DNA of 64,000 nucleotides from an uncultured delta proteobacterium (GCA_963806225.1 CAWDXG010000004.1:1408001-1472000); one strand, 5' to 3'; positions 29,916-42,201 are shown, numbered from the stretch's first letter. The notes: generated from the letters alone by a model not told the origin. A program made the numbers and translations.

Positions 29916-32900
29916 ATGGAGATCGAGATCCTCCGTGGCGAGCTCGAGCGACTGTTCGAGCTGGATGAGCTTCTGACGATGAGCCGCGACCTGCTCGGCT
30001 TCGACCCGGACGAGGTCGGAGGCTCCGCAGCGAAGGGGTCGTTCGTCAAGTCGCTCACCGAGCACTGCGTCGAGACCGAAGCGGTAGAAGCGCTGTGCGA
30101 CGCGATCCTGGCGTCCAAGGCCGAGGTCAACCCGAAGGTTTCGCAGATCCGGGTCAACGGCATCCCCTTCGACGAGGAGCTCGCGGCCGGCACCCGGCTC
30201 GGGGACTACGAGATCGTGCGCAAGCTCGGCGAAGGCCGGCTGGGCATGTCGTACCTCGCGCGGCTGGGCGGCGAGGACTACCGCCTCAAGGTCCTCAGGC
30301 GGGAGGCAACGCGCGACAAGCGGGGGCTGCACCGCTTCATGACCGTGGCCCGGCTCGTGGGCGCGATCGACCATTCCGGCCTGCCGCAGAAGCTGTTCGC
30401 CGGCGAGATCGACGACCGCTTCGCCGTCGCTCACGCCCATGTGGAAGGGCAGCCGCTGTCGACGCGCATCGCACGGACGGGGCCCATGCACATCAACGAG
30501 GCGCGCCCTCTGCTCAAGGGGATCCTCGAAGCCCTCGCGGCCATCCACAACCGGCGCCTTTCCCACGGGGATCTCAGGCTCGAGAACGTGCTCGTGTTCC
30601 GCGACGCCGACGGCACGCAGCATCTGGTGCTGCTCGACTCCGGGTCGGACCGGCTGCGCGCCCGCGCGCGCGTCGCGAACGGTCAGAGCGAGCTGTTCTC
30701 GACGGTGGGCTCGCCGAAAACCGTCGCGCCTGAGCAGATCCGGGGCTTCGCCTCCGACCCCCGCAGCGACGTCTACTCGTTCGGCGCCATGCTGTACGAG
30801 GTGCTCAGTGGCAAGCCGGTCTTTCCGGGCACCGCGACGGAAGCGGCCGTCGGGCACACCTCGCGCACGCCCGAGCCGCCGAGCAGCGTCGCGCCGCGGG
30901 GCTGGATCGCCAAAGAGCTCGACGAGTTCGTGCTGTCGCTGCTGGAGAAGGAGCCCGGACAGCGACCGAAGAGCGCCTCCGCACTCCTCGAGTCGCTCGA
31001 AACGCTGGGCCGCAGCACCAACGCCCAACGCGACGCGACGATCACCGACGAGGAGCTCGACTCGCGCATCGATGCCCTGGTCGCCGACGCCGCCGACGAC
31101 GAGGCCGCGGTCGCGCTCGAAGCAGCGGTCGAGGAAGGCGCGGATCCAGCGCGCGTCGCCGAGGCCTTCAGCATGGCCGCCAACGAGCTCGCAGCCGGCG
31201 ACGACAAGGAGGCGCGCGAAGCCAAGAAGAGCCTCCTGTTCCGCGCGGCACGCCTCTACGAACACTCGGTCAATGATCTGGATAAGGCGGAGCAGGTCTA
31301 CGCCTGGCTGCTCGAGCTCGACCCTGCCGACGACATCGCGGCCACCGCGCTGGAAGAAGTCAGAAAGCAGCTCGGCAAGTACGAGGAGCTGATCGAGATG
31401 CTCCTCAGCCGCAGCGAGCAGGCCGAGAGCCGCTCGGAGCGCGCGCGTTCGCTCGCCGAGATCGGCCGGGTCTACGTGCAGGAGCTGGAAGACAAGGAGC
31501 AGGCGCTCGTCGCCTACACGCAAGCATTCTGCGAAGACTCGCACCAGGAAAGCTACGGGGACGAGGTGGAGCGGCTGGCAGGCTCGAACCAGGATGCCTG
31601 GAACGAGGTGCTCGAGACCTGCAACGGCGCCGTGACGGACCAGGAAATGCCGCCCGAGAGCAAGAACGTGCTGCTCGCCCGGATGGGCACCTGGTACGCC
31701 GACCGCATCTCCAGGCCGGACCTGGCCCTGCCCTGCTACCAGGCCATCATCGCGACCGACCCGGCCAACGACGTTGCGCTCGAAGGCATGACGCGGATCT
31801 ACCGCAAGGCACAGCAGTGGCCGGAGCTCGGCATGGTGCTCACACGGCGCGCCGATGCCTCGGCCACGCCGGCCCGCGCCCGCGACCTGCGCGCCGAGGC
31901 CGCCGAGATCCTCGAACACCAGCTCGGCGACACTGGCGGAGCCCGCGACCTGTTCGAGCAGGTGTTGCGCGAGGATCCCGGCCACGAAAAGGCCAGCGAG
32001 GAGCTCGGGAAGATCTACGAACGGACGGGCGACTACGCCGGGTACGTCAAGATCCTCGAGCGGCACGCGGACGCGCAGCGCGGCGAAGACAAGCTCAAGA
32101 CAATGTGCCGCATCGCCGAGCTGTACGAGGACCAGCTCAAGGACGACAGCGAAGCGATGCAGCGCTACGACGCCGTGCTGGCGCTGGATCCCCGCAACCT
32201 GGATGCGCTGCGGGGCCTCGACCGCCTTTACAGCCGGACCGGCCGCTACAAGGATCTGCTCGAGAACCTCGCGGCCCAGATCCAGCTCGCGGCAACGCCG
32301 CGCCAGAAGATCACGCTCTGGGAGCGCATCGCGGGCATCCACGACGAGGAATTCCTCGATCACGAGCTGGCCGCCGCTGCCTGGGAGTCCGTGCTGGAGA
32401 TCGACAGCGCACACGAGGGAGCGCTCACCGCGCTGATCCGCCACTACCGTGCGCTGGATCGCTGGGAGGACGTGGCGGAGCTGTACGAGCGGCACCTCAA
32501 GCTGATCACGGATCCCGCACAGCGGATGGAGCTGACGCTGGCTCGCGCGCGGGTGCTGGCGGACCAGATCGGCTCTCCCGAGCGCGCCACAGCCGCCTAC
32601 GAACAGGCGCTGGAAATCGATCCGGAGCACGCGGGTGCGCTGGAGGCTCTGGCACGGCTCCGCGAAACGTCCGGCGACGCCGACGCCGCACTGAAGGCCA
32701 TCGAGGCCCTGGCCTCCAAAGCCACGACTCCGGAAGCCAAGGCCGAGCAGTTCCTGCGCGCGGCGAAGCTGCTCGAGCAGCGCGGAGATCGCGACGGCGC
32801 GATCGAGCGCTACAAGCTGGCGTTGGACGCCAAACCCAGCGACGCCAGCGCTTCCGCGGCGCTGCGCGCGGCCTACACCGCGCGCGGCGACGTGAACGCC

Positions 32901-35238
32901 GCGCTCCAGCTGCTGGAGCGCGAGCTGGACCAGACCGAGGGCGAGCGTGCGAAAGCCAAGCTGGCCGCGGAAATGGCCGTTCTCGCGCGTGACCGCCTGA
33001 AGGACGACGCGCGCGCCGAGGAAGCGGCCAAGCGCGCCATCTCGTTCGACCCGACGAACCTGGACGCCCTGAAGGTGCTGGGTGACATCGCGTTCGACGT
33101 CAAGCGCTTCTTCGAGGCGAGCAAGCACTTCGAGCTGATCGCCGACCGCGCCGACACGCTCGACAAGAAAGAAGCGGCGCGGGTCCTGGTGCGCTACGTG
33201 GACGCGCTGTCACAGACGGGTTCCACGGAAAAGGCGATCGCACCGATGGATACGCTCCTGCGCATCGCACCGGACGACGCCCAGGCGCTGGAGCGGGTCG
33301 CCCAGGTCACCGCCGAGCACGGCTCGCCCAAGCGCGCCGTGGAGCTCTACTCGGACCTGTTCAAGCGCTTCGGCGACCAGATCAAGGGCAAGGAAAAGGC
33401 CGGAGCCCTGTTCCGCTTCGGCGACGCGCTGCTGCGTGCGGAAGAGCCCGACAAGGCCGTCGAGCCGCTGGAGGAAGCGGCCGATCTCGACCCCGCGAAC
33501 CCCGAGCCGCTTGTCTCGCTGGCCAAGGTCTACGAAGAAAAGGAGGACTGGGAACAGGTCATCAAGACCAAGACGCGACACCTGGACATCGCGTCGGGCG
33601 ACGACCGCGTGCAGCTCCTGATGGAGATGGGCGACATCGCGTCGGGCAAGCTCGATGATCGCACGCGAGCCGCGAAGAGCTTCGTCGCGGCCCTGGAAGA
33701 GCGCCCCGACGACCGCCGGCTCCTGACCAAGCTGATGCAGCTCTACAGCGAGGAAAAGGACTGGGGCAAGCTCGTCGACGTCGTGCTGCGCCTGGCTGAC
33801 TTCGTCGAGGACGAGAAGCAGAAGGCGAAGTACCTGCACACCGCCGCCATCGTCAGCGCCCGGCAGATGGGCGATCTCGGATCGCGCTCTCGGATTCTAT
33901 CTGCAGGTGCTCGAGCTGGACCCGGACATGGAGCGCGCGCTGGACGAGGCCATCGAACTCCAGCGCGACAAGGGCGACCACGAGGGCGTCGAGAAGCTGC
34001 TCAAGCGCAAGCTCGAAGCGGCGTCGAAGGCCAAGGACCAGGCCACGATGCTCAGCACCTTCACCGCTCTGGGCGAGCTGTACGAAAAGCAGCTGGGCTG
34101 GATCGACCAGGCCGTCGACGCCTACGAGGCGGCGCAGACGCTCGACGCAGACAACCGCGAACGCGCGGAACTGCTGGCCGAACTCTACGCTTCCGATCCG
34201 GCGAAGTACCTGGAAAAGGCTGTCTCGTCGCAGCTGGCCCTGCTGCGCCAGAACCCGTACCGACCCGAGTCGTACAAGCTGCTCCGGCGCCTGTACACGG
34301 AGGTCAAGCAGCCCGATCCCGCGTGGTGCCTGTGCCAGGCGCTCTACGTGCTGAACCTGGCCGAGCCCGACGAGGAGCGCTTCTTCAAGCGCATGCGCTC
34401 CGAAACCGCGGCGGCGGCGCAAGAAGCCTTCGACAACGAGGATTGGCTCAATTCCGTGATGCACCCGGGAGCCGATCCGCTTCTGACCAGCGTGTTCGCT
34501 TTGATCGAGCCGGCGGTGATCGCGCGACGCGGCCAGAGCCTGGAGGCGCTGGGCTACGATTCGCGTTACGCGATCGATCTGGCCCGTCACCCCTACCCCA
34601 TGAGCCAGACGCTGCACTACGCGGCGGGTGTGCTGGGAATGGACCCGCCGCCGACCTTCCAGAACACGAACGACCCAGGCGGGCTGTCGTTCCTCCACGC
34701 CCACACCCCGGCTGTCGTTCTAGGCATGGCGGCCCTCTCGGCCGAGGTACCGCCGCAGGCAGCTGCGTTTATCGCGGCGCGCCACCTGGCGTACTTCCGC
34801 CCCGGCATGTACGTCCGTCATCTTCTACCTTCGGGTACCGGGCTGAAGAGCTGGCTGTTCGCGGCCATCAAGATGATTGCCCCCCAGTTCCCGATCGCTG
34901 CCGAGCTCGAAGGTCCGGTGACGGAAGCCCTCGAAGCACTCGACGCGAGCATGCAGGGCCAGGCCCGCGATCAGCTCGCGCGCATCGTCTCCAAGCTGCT
35001 GCAGGCCGGCGGCGCGCTCGACCTGAAGCGCTGGGTCGCTGGTGTCGACCTCACCGCGGATCGCGCGGGATTCATCGTCGCGCACGACATGGAGACCGCC
35101 GTCGAGATCATCAAGGCGTCCGACGAGGGTTCGAGCGCGGTGCCCAACCAGGAGCGGCTGAAGGAACTCGTGCTGTACGGCGTGAGCGAGCCCTACTTCG
35201 CCATGCGCCGCAAGCTCATGATCTCCATCGACACCTGA
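29916..35238 (+). CDS. Ser/Thr kinase-like domain plus long TPR array (~1773 aa); +1 frameshift near 33880
   Basis: GEGRLG, LKV, HGDLRLENV, DSG, APE, DVYSFG, then many TPR-like repeats; second frame continues DRALGFYLQVLELDP to the stop at 35238. Confidence 0.85.
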
Positions 35239-35268
35239 CGGGAGCGAGCGACGCCGCGCGGGAGCGGC

Positions 35269-36339
35269 TCAGCGCGGAAAAGCGCGCAACCCGGCGCCGC
35301 GGCGCGGTGCCGCCAGGCCGCCGAAGGCTGGCTCGAACAGGATGTGCGAGAACGGTCCGGTCGCGCGCCAGGCGTAGAAGCCGTCGGGGCGCTTGGCTCG
35401 CTTGTTCTTCGGATCCAGGTCGAACAGCCCCGGCATCTTCGAGCCCGGCGCGCCGAACAGCCCGCGCGTCATGTCGTTCTTGTTCTTGTAGCTGTCGGAG
35501 AACTTGAAACGAAGCGACAGCTCGGCCAGGCTCTCGTCCGCCGGATCGCGCAGGCGGATCTTGCCTTCGCACACGAAGTCGAGGTCGCGCCCCTTCGAGC
35601 TGAACTTCTCGATGGCGAGCCGGCCTTCGGTGACTTCCGCCTTCAGCGTGACGGTGCCCGCATTCAACTTGGGAAGGGCGATAGTATTGCGGATCTTCGC
35701 CTTGCCGTTGCCCACCGTCAGGTTCGTGATCGTCAGATCGATGTTGCCACTGGCTTTCGCGGCCTTGCCCCCGGGTAGCTTCAGATCGACCTTGCCGTCG
35801 AGGCTGCCGGTCATCGGCAGGCCCACGATGTCCTTGAGCATCGGCAGCTTGCCCACATCCACGCTTTCCAGCTCCACGTGGACACTGCGGCTCTTGTCCG
35901 CGTCCGAGGTATTGCCGCTGATGCTGCCCCCGAAGGCATCGGCGCCAAAACTGACGTAGACGGTGCCCACGAGAAGTCTGAGAAGCGAGACCCGCGCGTG
36001 CGCTTCGTCGATGGTGATCTGCTCCGGCTTGGCGGGCTTCTTCTCGCCCTTGTCCGCGCCGACCTCGCCGTCGTCGCTGCCCGTGTCGGACGTGGCCGCG
36101 GGAGGCGGGCCGGTGAACTTGACGCCGTCGGCCTCGACACCGCTGAACCAGTAGGAGCTCATGTTGTCGATGTCCAGGTGCAGCGAGCTTGCTCCCGTCT
36201 GGCGCGCGTTGACCTCAGCGACGATACGGTTCTTCAACCGCTCGTACGGGAACGTCAGGTACGCGAACAGCGCCAGGCAGAACAGATAGAACAGCGGGTA
36301 GCCGACCCAGCGCAGGATCTTCTTCGCGCGCGGGCTCAC
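35269..36339 (-). CDS. gspN: Type II secretion protein N
   Basis: N-terminal TM with YLTFPY, beta-rich body; last gene of the gsp cluster. Confidence 0.8.
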   Translation of the reverse strand: MSPRAKKILRWVGYPLFYLFCLALFAYLTFPYERLKNRIVAEVNARQTGASSLHLDIDNMSSYWFSGVEADGVKFTGPPPAATSDTGSDDGEVGADKGEKKPAKPEQITIDEAHARVSLLRLLVGTVYVSFGADAFGGSISGNTSDADKSRSVHVELESVDVGKLPMLKDIVGLPMTGSLDGKVDLKLPGGKAAKASGNIDLTITNLTVGNGKAKIRNTIALPKLNAGTVTLKAEVTEGRLAIEKFSSKGRDLDFVCEGKIRLRDPADESLAELSLRFKFSDSYKNKNDMTRGLFGAPGSKMPGLFDLDPKNKRAKRPDGFYAWRATGPFSHILFEPAFGGLAAPRRGAGLRAFPR

Positions 36340-36917
36340 AGCTCCTCCCCCTGGGACGACGCGCTCTTCTTCTTCGTCTTCGTGTCCGCCTTGCGATCGT
36401 ACGCGCTGACGATCATCTCAACGTCATACGAGTCGACCTCCGTGCCGCGCTTTCTGATGTTCAGCCGCGAGACAACCACCGGGTGCGGCGATTGCTCGAT
36501 CTTCTCCATGAACTTCACGAGGTGCAGCATGCCCACCTTGCGCAGAGCGATCTTCGTCGAGCGCTCCTCGTATCGCTTGCCGTGCGGGATGGGCGCGCGA
36601 TCCTGGCTCTCGGGGATATCGATGCCCGTTTCCGTAGCCAGCTTGGCGAGGAAGCCGGCCAGCGGCGGCGCAGGCGAAGCGTAGCGCGCCTTGATGGCGT
36701 CGCGCTCGGCGCGGCGCTTGCGGACGAGAGCACGCCCCTTCTGGATGCTGTCGATCGCATTGCGCAAGGCTTCGTTCTGGCTCTCCTGCGAGGAAAGCAT
36801 GGCCGACATGCCGATGGGTACGAGCAGCAGCAACAGCACGGCGAGCACGGCGCCGAGCACGCCCAGGAGCTGGCGCTCCCGGGGTTCAAGGCGATCGATG
36901 CGCTCGCGCAGACTCAC
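36336..36917 (-). CDS. gspM: Type II secretion protein M
   Basis: L.PRER.LL + TM, coiled coil, ferredoxin-like C-terminus; GTG start overlapping gspL stop. Confidence 0.8.
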   Translation of the reverse strand: MSLRERIDRLEPRERQLLGVLGAVLAVLLLLLVPIGMSAMLSSQESQNEALRNAIDSIQKGRALVRKRRAERDAIKARYASPAPPLAGFLAKLATETGIDIPESQDRAPIPHGKRYEERSTKIALRKVGMLHLVKFMEKIEQSPHPVVVSRLNIRKRGTEVDSYDVEMIVSAYDRKADTKTKKKSASSQGEEL

Positions 36918-38386
36918 TGTCCATCCTCCGCGTTCTTCTTCTTCTTCTTCTTCGACTGGTCCTCGGGGCACTTGACCTCGAACTCGAGGACGTACTTCTG
37001 CCGGTCGCTCCCCACCGCCTGCGTGATCTTCGAGATCTTCGAGTCCTTGATGCAGCGCTTCGACGAGATCCCACCTGCCACCAGCTGCGCGTCGGCCGTG
37101 GAGTTCACGACGCCGTCGATGCGCACGTGGCCGCGCTGCATGTCGAACTCCTCGATGTCGTGCGTCACGCTCATCGGGATGGCCTTGGACAGCTGGACGA
37201 TCACGTCGAACGCGTCCATGTGCGGCATCGGGTCCGGCTCGCCCTTGGCCTTGGCCTGTGAGAGCAGCTGCGCCGCCTCGTCCGGGTCACTGGTTTTCTT
37301 GCCGAGCACGTTCATCGTCAGGCTGGACAGCGTCTTGTCCAGCACCTGGTTCTCGCGCGACAACGCCCGCGCCTGCGCCCAGGTGGAAAAGGCGAAGCTG
37401 ATGACGATGGCCGCGCCCAGCCCGCTGAGCAGCGGGACCTTGTCCTTCAAAAAGCCGTAGCCGCGCTGGTAGGCGAGAGGCCCTTGTCGCAGGTCGAGAT
37501 CGCGGGAGCGACCGCTCGCCCCGAGCGCCAGCGAGATCGCCTTGGCGAAGCGCGGCAGCATCGGCACCTGGTCCGGCGTCACACCCTCCAGCGAGAGGGC
37601 GGGCAACGGCGCCACCGGGACGCCGAGATGGTACGCCAGATACTCCTCCGCGCCCGGCGCTGCGGCACCTCCACCGAGCAGATAGGCGCGTTCCACCGGT
37701 TGGCCGCCCTTGAGAGCCCAGGACGCGAACGTCTGCCTGAGCTCGGCAGCCAGCGCCTGCGCGCTGTCCGGAAGTCCCTCGGTCCCGCGGGACAGGGTGC
37801 GCGCGAAGACGGCCTCGCCGCCCGCGATGACCACCAGCTCCGTGCGGCTTCCTCCGAGATCCACCAGCGCGACGGGAGCCGGCGAGCCGAGCTCGGGCGA
37901 GAGCGCGGCGAGATTCGCCAGCGGCAGTGGACCGCACCCGATGCGCTCGGGCTCGCGGCCAAGAGCCTGCTGGAGCTGGACGATGCGCGCCCGGGCATCC
38001 TCGGTGCGGGCTGCCGCCGCAAGCACGATGATCGGATCGCTATTCGAAGCCCGCCGGAGCGTGCGGAAGTCGAACACCAGCTCGTCGAAATCGACGGGCA
38101 CCTGGGCTTCGAGCTCGAACGGCACCACCTCGGAGAGCTGCTTGAGCGCCGTGCTCGGCAGCTCGAGCCGGTGAGTGAAAGCATGTTCGCCCTCGATCGC
38201 CACGGCGACGGATTCGCTGTGCTGCGTGAGCGGCAGTCCAGCAGCCAGCAGCGCCTGCTCGAGAGTACCCGCGGTCGCTACGTCCACCTCCAACATGCGC
38301 TCGACCGCCACGCGCTTGTAGCTGGTGCGCAGCTCCACCGCGCGTACCTGCGATTTTCCGATGTCTATGCCGACGAGCCTACCCAT
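36914..38386 (-). CDS. gspL: Type II secretion protein L (PilM-like actin fold + TM + periplasmic domain)
   Basis: GIDIG, VPFELEAQVP, ALVDLGG, LLGGGA; position between K and M. Confidence 0.8.
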   Translation of the reverse strand: MGRLVGIDIGKSQVRAVELRTSYKRVAVERMLEVDVATAGTLEQALLAAGLPLTQHSESVAVAIEGEHAFTHRLELPSTALKQLSEVVPFELEAQVPVDFDELVFDFRTLRRASNSDPIIVLAAAARTEDARARIVQLQQALGREPERIGCGPLPLANLAALSPELGSPAPVALVDLGGSRTELVVIAGGEAVFARTLSRGTEGLPDSAQALAAELRQTFASWALKGGQPVERAYLLGGGAAAPGAEEYLAYHLGVPVAPLPALSLEGVTPDQVPMLPRFAKAISLALGASGRSRDLDLRQGPLAYQRGYGFLKDKVPLLSGLGAAIVISFAFSTWAQARALSRENQVLDKTLSSLTMNVLGKKTSDPDEAAQLLSQAKAKGEPDPMPHMDAFDVIVQLSKAIPMSVTHDIEEFDMQRGHVRIDGVVNSTADAQLVAGGISSKRCIKDSKISKITQAVGSDRQKYVLEFEVKCPEDQSKKKKKKNAEDGQ

Positions 38387-38415
38387 GTCGTGCTTCTTGT
38401 AGATCGAACAACGGT

Positions 38416-39924
38416 CTAGTTTATCCGGTAGTAGATGATGTTGCCTCCGGGGCTCGGCTTGAGCACCGAAGCGATGGCGTTCTGCGTCGCACCCGGGAGA
38501 CCGGCGAGGCCCGACGGCTGGCCATTCGTCGTGCCACCACTGGCGCCGCCGCTTCCGCCCTGGCCGTTCGCCAGGTTCTCCAGCGCGCTGGCCACACCCG
38601 GCGCCATCCCGGGCGGCGGCGCGCCGCGGAAGTCGACCACCGCGTGGATGCGCGTGCGCGTCTCGCGCTTGCCGGCCTTCACGTAGCCGGTTGCGTAGAT
38701 GCTGAACACCTTGCTCTCGGTGGTGACGGCCTTCTTCAGCTCGGACTTCGACTTCAGAACGAAGGGCTTGATGTTCGCTATCTTCAGCGCGGGACCGAGC
38801 AGGCCCTGATCGCTGGTTATCGAGTTCACGAAGGCGTCCGGCGAGCCGAAGACCGGTATCCCGTGGATGAAGCTCTTGACGCCGTTGAGGACCATCAGGA
38901 ACGTGGCCGCCTGCGAGGGATCGCTGCACACGGGGCTGTCCGGACCGTACGCGCAGATGACCGCGAGCAGCGTCTGCGCATTCGCGGTGTTCACATTCAC
39001 CTTGCCCTGGCTCCAGATGGTGACCGTGCGCTTGTCCGGATCATCCGGATCGGGATCGATGAAGGTGTCCCAGAACTGGTCGCTGATGCCGCGCACCAGG
39101 TGCAGCTCCTCCAGGCTGTCGAACGCGGCGTTCTTGCGCTGGTAGGGCTTCTTCAGCATCCGGTAGAACGAGTCCTCGGCGCCCGCGGACTGCTGCGCGG
39201 TACCCGAATTCGGATCGCAGTTGTAGGCGTTCTGGTCCGGATCCACCCAATCGATCAGCGCCGAGCAGATCGTCTGGCGATCCGAATAGGCGCCGTCCGT
39301 GTCGCGGTTCTCGAACATGGGGTTGTACTGCGGTCCCGCCATCAATCCCATAAGCTCGGTCGCTTCGCGCACCTCGGAAAAGGCGTCGCCGGGCACGGCC
39401 GTGTTCAGATCGATCTTGGAGTCCTCGTCCACGATCTGCACGTCGAAGCCCGCGCCCTTCAGCCCGAGATTCTTGCCGTCGGCGAGATCCACGCCCGCGA
39501 GTTGCTGGAAGGCCTGGTTGCCGTCCTTGTCGTTGAAAGCTCCCAGCACGCGGTCGGCGTAGGCCCACACCGGGATCTGCGGGGGAGCCATCCGCATCAT
39601 CATGAACAGGGGCGCAATCCCCTTGCGGATAGTGGGCTCGGCCGCGATGAGCAGCCGCGAGAGATTGATGGCGCTCTTCGCAGCGTACTCGGCTTTCAGT
39701 TCGTCGCGCTGGGACAGCGCGTTGCCGAGCTCCGCAGAAGTGGCGTCCTGGAACTCGGTCAGCATGACCGTCAGGAGCGTGAGCGCGCCCAGCACCAGGA
39801 TCAGCGCGATGCCGCGCTTCTGCCTCCGCTGGCGGCGGCGGATGCGGCGCGACACGGGCGCAGCACTCCGCGGCCGCGTTCCGGCGGGCGTGCTACGGCT
39901 CCGTGTCTTCGGCCTGCGTGTCAT
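38416..39924 (-). CDS. gspK: Minor pseudopilin K
   Basis: KRG/IALILVL (no Glu5), DEDSKIDLN, LIDWVD, SLEELHLVRG, KVNVNTA. Confidence 0.88.
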   Translation of the reverse strand: MTRRPKTRSRSTPAGTRPRSAAPVSRRIRRRQRRQKRGIALILVLGALTLLTVMLTEFQDATSAELGNALSQRDELKAEYAAKSAINLSRLLIAAEPTIRKGIAPLFMMMRMAPPQIPVWAYADRVLGAFNDKDGNQAFQQLAGVDLADGKNLGLKGAGFDVQIVDEDSKIDLNTAVPGDAFSEVREATELMGLMAGPQYNPMFENRDTDGAYSDRQTICSALIDWVDPDQNAYNCDPNSGTAQQSAGAEDSFYRMLKKPYQRKNAAFDSLEELHLVRGISDQFWDTFIDPDPDDPDKRTVTIWSQGKVNVNTANAQTLLAVICAYGPDSPVCSDPSQAATFLMVLNGVKSFIHGIPVFGSPDAFVNSITSDQGLLGPALKIANIKPFVLKSKSELKKAVTTESKVFSIYATGYVKAGKRETRTRIHAVVDFRGAPPPGMAPGVASALENLANGQGGSGGASGGTTNGQPSGLAGLPGATQNAIASVLKPSPGGNIIYYRIN

Positions 39925-40653
39925 TGCGTCGCGAATGTGAGGGGATGCTGGATGGGAATATCCACCGAGGTCATGAAGCGGATGGTCTGGCGTCCGTTGC
40001 TCTCCGAAGTGCGACGGCCGCCGTTCAGCACGAGCAGGACACGCACCTGGAGCGGCATGCGGTTGGGCTGACCGATGGCCTGCGTGCTGTCCCAGGTGTC
40101 CACCCACTGCCCGGTCAGCGGGTCGAGGTACTGGAGGTCGAACAGATCGATGTCGGTGGCCAGCACCTCCACCCGTCCACCCTTGGTCGGGCTCGAGGTC
40201 GGGGTGCTTGCTGATGCGCCGCACCAGATCGATAACGCCGTGCTTCTCCGGGTTCTCCGACCCGAAGTAGGAGATCTCGCACTGATCCGACTCATGCGAG
40301 TCACGCTCGATGCGGCGGTTCGCGAAGGAATTGAAATCCACGCGGTCAGCCGGCGTGCCCTGCGTACCGACGAAAGCGGTCTTCTGCACTGCGATCGCCT
40401 GGTTCAGCGGGGTCTGCACCTGCAGCGAGAGGTACGCACTCTGCAACTCGCGGCTGATGCGGTCGATCGCCAGGCGCCCTTCACGATAGCGATCGTTGAC
40501 GCGCTGGATGCCTTCCTTGCTGTGCTTCAAGCCCGCAAAGGCGCTGTAGATGAGCACCGAGATCATCGCGAGGATGGCCACCGCGACGAGCATCTCGACC
40601 AGCGTGAAGCCGGCCGAGGCGAGCCGTCGCCTGCGCCGGGCGGTGCGGATCAC
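39921..40653 (-). CDS. gspJ: Minor pseudopilin J; +1 frameshift near 40190
   Basis: G/FTLVEMLVAVAI; C-terminal LQYLD...WVDTWDS...MPLQVRV in the next frame. Confidence 0.82.
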
Positions 40654-41465
40654 GGCTTGCCTCCCCCGCCACGCGGCGAAAATGGCGAAGTCTGGATCGG
40701 GCTCGCTTTCGGGCCGCCCGGCGTGCTGCTGTTGCCGCCACCCAGGAGATTGCCGACGTTCTGCAACCCGTTCGCGGCGTTCGGGTCGAGACCGCCCTGC
40801 TGCGGATTGGTGAGGTACTGTGTGACCTGGAAGTCCCGGTCGTTCTTCCCCTCCTTCCAGTGCACGGTGACCGTGATCTTGCGGATGCTGGCCTCCAGCA
40901 TCGGCTTCAGGTCGGGATAGACCAGGCCCATCACCATCGAGGCCATGCCCTGCATGCCGCCGCCTGTGCCGGGCGTAGCGCCGCCGTTGCTGCTGCCTCC
41001 GCCCATGAGGTTCATCAGACCGCTGAAACCGGCATCCGCTCCGACCGACGCTCCGCCGCCCTGCTGCAGGCCGGCGAGCGCCCCGAGCGGCCCCATGTCG
41101 CCCTGATCGCCGCTCACACCTCCGTCCGCGCCGTCCCCGAGGTTGGTCTGCTCGGGCAGCTCGACGCGCTCGATCTTCCAGGAACACGTGTAGCGCTGCA
41201 GGCCCTCGTCATCGTCCCCGCAGCAACGCCCCTCGTCGTTCTCGTCGGCGACCGGATAGCCGTCCTTGTCGAGCTTGACCTCGATCTCGCCCATCTTGCA
41301 GCGAGCCAGCCCGGTCACCTGGCTGAGGGTCTCGGTGCGCGCTGCACTCGAGAACAGCCCGACCTGCGAGCTCAGGATCACACTGAGCCCGAGCCCCAGA
41401 ATCGCGATCGCGACCAGCACCTCGAGCAGCGTGAAGCCGCGGAGGCTGTGCCGGCGGGGGCTCAC
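40650..41465 (-). CDS. gspI: Minor pseudopilin I
   Basis: RG/FTLLEVLVAIAI; IRKITVTVHW; Gly/Met-rich insert. Confidence 0.8.
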   Translation of the reverse strand: MSPRRHSLRGFTLLEVLVAIAILGLGLSVILSSQVGLFSSAARTETLSQVTGLARCKMGEIEVKLDKDGYPVADENDEGRCCGDDDEGLQRYTCSWKIERVELPEQTNLGDGADGGVSGDQGDMGPLGALAGLQQGGGASVGADAGFSGLMNLMGGGSSNGGATPGTGGGMQGMASMVMGLVYPDLKPMLEASIRKITVTVHWKEGKNDRDFQVTQYLTNPQQGGLDPNAANGLQNVGNLLGGGNSSTPGGPKASPIQTSPFSPRGGGGKP

Positions 41466-42191
41466 GGTTCCTCCTCCGACTTGCGCTCGCCGAAGTCCGA
41501 GTCGGTGCGCGGCTCTTCGAGCGCAACGTGCCCGCGCTTGATCTCGGCGCGACCCGTCAGTGGGCTCACCAGGATGGTGAGCCCCTTGTCATCGGGCGAG
41601 CTCTGGATCTGGATCGAAGCCCGCTCCGTTCCGCCGCCGGGCCAGAAGTACAGATACGCCCTGCCCTCTTTGCGCGGTTCGCCGTCGTGCGAGGTCTGCA
41701 CGGACCGGAACGTGATCCCGCGGCCGAGCTCGCGCCCGTCGCCCGGGTGCTCCGAGTCGCCGCCGAAATCCTTGACCGGCTTGAAGCGCGGACGAGGGGG
41801 CTTGGGACCATCCATGATGCGGTCCGCTTCCTTCTTCGCCTCGCGTTCGGCCTGCGTCGCGGGCTCGGCACCGGCTCCGGTGCTTTCCCCGTCGTCCTTC
41901 TTGAGCAGCATGACGCCCTTTGCTTCCTCGAGCTTCACGCGATTCTTCTCGAGGTCGAACACCATGCGCACCGGCTTGCCGGTGGCATTCGCGCGCGTCA
42001 GCCCGAGCCTCACGCCCGTCAGGATGAGCGTGGCCGCCGAGCGCTCGCGGTTGGACGCGAACAGACCCGAGCCGAACAGGACCGTGCCGCTGAGCAGAGC
42101 GATGAGCGCAACGACTATCAGTACCTCGATAAGGGTCAGCCCCCGCGCCGCCGCGCGTCGGGACTGGCTCTGACGAAGGTGACCGATCCAT
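41462..42191 (-). CDS. gspH: Minor pseudopilin H; +1 frameshift in the first codons
   Basis: RG/LTLIEVLIVVALI is in frame with the 41462-42013 ORF but has no start; ATG 42191 is one base out of frame; YLYFWPGG. Confidence 0.75.
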
Positions 42192-42201
42192 GGCCTCTGC
42201 T

